A stretch of 64,000 nt of DNA, taken from an uncultured Chloroflexia bacterium. Lineage in GTDB: Bacteria > Chloroflexota > Ktedonobacteria > Ktedonobacterales > JADMIN01. Location of the stretch: the NCBI GenBank assembly GCA_963701795.1, contig CAVPBB010000020.1:71727-135726 (forward strand), read 5' to 3'. Below are positions 61,514-64,000 of this stretch, piece by piece (the stretch's first letter is position 1; every line of letters begins with the position of its first letter). Position numbers and translations under genes: made by a program. The notes beneath the pieces were generated by a model. The model had not been told where the DNA came from. It searched no databases and saw nothing but the letters and a program-made list of their open reading frames with translations.

Positions 61514-64000
61514 TCAATCTTCGCCGACGCGCAGCGCCCGCCCCAGGCCAGTGACGCGCGCCACCCCCGCCGCGATCACCAGCGCCGCAACGAAGATCAC
61601 CAGCAGCGCGCCGAGATAGAGCAGCGAGCCGTTGAGGTTCACCGCCAGCAGACTGGCTGGCACGCCGATGACCGGCGGCGTATACGTCGCGGTGTTGAAG
61701 CCCAGGAACGGCAGACTCGCCACCGCCAGCAGCGCGCCGATGGCGATGCCACTCAGCGCGCCGAGCAGATAGACCAGCGCCTGCTCCAGCAGCAGCATGC
61801 GCGTCAGCGCGCCCTCGCTCAACCCCAGCGTGCGCAGGATGGCGAACTGGGTCTGGCGTTGGCGCGCGGCGATGCCAGCCTGGGTGATGACCCCCACCAG
61901 CGCCAGCAGCGCCGCGAGCAGCGCGCCGAGCAGCAGCAGCCCGCTCATCCCCGCCGCCAGCGGATCCGCGCGATACTCTGTGGTCAACGCGCGCGCATCG
62001 TAGACGGTCTGCACGAAGAAGTTGGGATCAGTCAGCGCTTTGGCGCGCAGCGCGGCGGCGTGTGGGTCTGCGCTCGTCCGCAGCAGAAAGTCATTCGGCC
62101 CATTGACCGTGCTGCCATAGTTGGCCATGTTGGGATTCTCCAGCGCCGCGAGATAATCAGGCTCATCTACAATAATATATCCTGCGGGATAGTCATCATA
62201 GAGGGTGGGAAAATCACTCACGATGGCGCCAACGACAAAGTTTACGCCGGATGTACTCGACTGGCTGGCCTCCTGGGGCAACAACACAAAGCGCGAGCCG
62301 ACCTGCGCCTGGAGGTTGTTGGCGAAGGTCTGGTCAATCAGCGCGACCATCGGCGACCCCGCCTCACCCAGCGCCGCGCCATGTTGCGCGTGCGCCAGGA
62401 TGCCCATCAGCGCGGGCAACGATTGGCTGGCGTAGTCGCTGCGCCAGGTCGCGGTCTGCGCGAAGGTGGCGGGGTCCACGCCGAGCACATCCACATTCGC
62501 GCCGCCCTGGTTGGGCAGGGTCAGCGCCACCCCCCGATACAGCGGCGTGGCGCTCGCGACGCCGGGCAGCTTGTCGAACTTCGCGGCATAGCCGAGGGTG
62601 GATTGCGTGCCCTCGCTCTGCGGCATGATGCTCACGCGCTCGTCGGCGCCGGTCAGATAGTAGGCGTTGTCCTGGGCGCCGCGCGCAATCGTCGTCTGGA
62701 AGGTGAGTGAGAACAGACCCAATCCTACCGCCAGCGTCAGCAGCAGCGTCAGCCGACTGAAGGCGTCCGAGGCGCGTGAGACCTGGGCGAAGGCGAGCAT
62801 GCCGGTGGCGCCACGTCCGCGCGCGGTCAGCCAGGCGCCCAGCCGCAGCAGCCAGGGCAGCGCGCGTTGCAGCAGCAGCGCGCCCGCCAGCAGCAGCAGC
62901 GTCGGCGCCAGCAGTTGGACGATGTCAGCTTGAGCGCTGCTCCCTTTGTCGCTGAGTTGCACACGTATACCAACGCTGCCAAATGACGCCAGTTCGGTAT
63001 AGCCCGCAACACAGAGCAGCGCCAGCCCCAGGTCGAGGTAGTAGCGCTTCCAGAAGGGGACGCGCTCGCTGCGGCCCTGCTCGCGCCGGAAGGCCAATGT
63101 ATCCATCCGCGCGGCCTGCCAGGTGGCCAGCCCCAGCGCCGCGACGCCGAGCACGGCGCCGATGACGGCAGGTATCAGCGCATCGCGTAGCGAGACGGCG
63201 CGCGCCACATAAGCAGGGCGTCAGCGCGACGCTCGCGGCCTTGCCCAGCGGCACGAAGTAGCGCACCAGCGCCAGCGCCAACCCCTCAGCGGCGACCACA
63301 CCTGCCACCAGCGCACCTACTGCTAACAGGAGGCTCTGCGCGAGGAGATACGTCAGCAGCACCTGGAGCGTGCTGGCGCCGCGACTCTTGAGGGTGGCAA
63401 TCTCGCCCGCCTGGCTCGCGATCAGCAAGCCCGCCATGACGAAGATGAAGAGCAGCGCCAGCGCGACCAACTGCGCATCTACGCTGTAAAGCGGCAGGGC
63501 CTGCGCGGCGAGTGTCTCAGCGACATTGCCTAGCAACCCACTGAGATTGGTCGCCATTCCTACATCTACCACGCCATGTGAGCCACGCACATCGGTATCC
63601 AGCGACTGACGCAAGCGATTCAACTCGACCTGCGCCTCATGAGCCTGGTTGACCGTGATCTGGCTCGGAGCGACGAAGTAGATGTAGTGCAGCCCCACAC
63701 TCATTGGCGGATACAGCGCGGTGGATGAATGGTCAAGTGTTTGAATGAGCGCCTGGCGAGTGAAGAGGATAGGAAATTGCGGCGGTGGCGGCGGAACAGC
63801 ATACGGTTTCTCGATGTTCGGTGGGACGATACTGTCAAACCCATACCCATTCCAGAACGGATCGTGCGCATCTTTGGGAAACCAGACGCCAGCCACCCGG
63901 ACGGTAACGTTGAGCGTAGGGTTCTGGGAGTCCGCGAATTCGAGTATCGCGCCCGGCGTGACACCAAGCCTGGGTGTCACCAACACCTCCGGCTGGGCCT
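61514..64000 (-). pseudogene. large FtsX/MacB-type ABC transporter permease, paralog 2; frame broken near 63211-63217, 5' end beyond the window
   Basis: ORF 61514..63208 (…ARAVSLRDALIPAVIG…) and ORF 62925..63986 (…VALTP then out of frame) together are collinear with paralog 1. One extra nucleotide relative to paralog 1 lies in acgccctgcttatgtggcg. The reading frame stays open to the window end. Confidence 0.8.

Noticed and set aside
59602-62710. Large plus-strand ORFs (59602..61482 and 61130..62710) opposite the FtsX paralogs
   Set aside because: They are shadow ORFs of the minus-strand permease genes, extremely Arg/Gln/Asp-rich and duplicated only because the underlying genes are duplicated.

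Overview
This is a visibly GC-rich bacterial chromosomal segment (no GC value computed), densely coded on both strands. There are no rRNA genes and no CRISPR array. About 55 genes can be supported.

Gene content, in order along the window:
- A fatty-acid beta-oxidation cluster: thiolase, hotdog thioesterase, acyl-CoA dehydrogenase and acyl-CoA ligase.
- Two adjacent type II toxin-antitoxin pairs: DUF433/DUF5615 and HicAB.
- Two ECF sigma modules.
- An activated-methyl-cycle operon (PfkB kinase, ahcY, metK) behind a clear SAM-I riboswitch.
- One IS5-family insertion sequence and tRNA-Pro(CGG).
- A Ser/Thr kinase, cardiolipin synthase, a PadR plus DrrAB-like ABC exporter, priA and queG.
- A NarL-type two-component system, an MMPL transporter, and two tandem giant FtsX-type permease paralogs.

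Most notable observations:
1. gyrB is a single ORF interrupted by two inteins. One is a 160-aa mini-intein at the GDSAGG/S site. The other is a 551-aa LAGLIDADG intein, with an embedded Cro/C1-type HTH, that splits the Toprim DxD motif.
2. A family of mosaic, hairpin-rich, REP/BIME- or MITE-like intergenic elements occurs in four copies. Their stems show compensatory substitutions, and two copies carry a shared promoter-like module.
3. The tandem FtsX paralogs show a mosaic pattern of near-identical and divergent blocks, which looks like gene conversion.
4. Several conserved genes are broken by single-nucleotide frame disruptions. This indicates either indel errors in the assembly or ongoing pseudogenisation.

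I found no clearly novel multi-gene system such as a defence island. The repeat family and the double-intein gyrB are the best candidates for follow-up.
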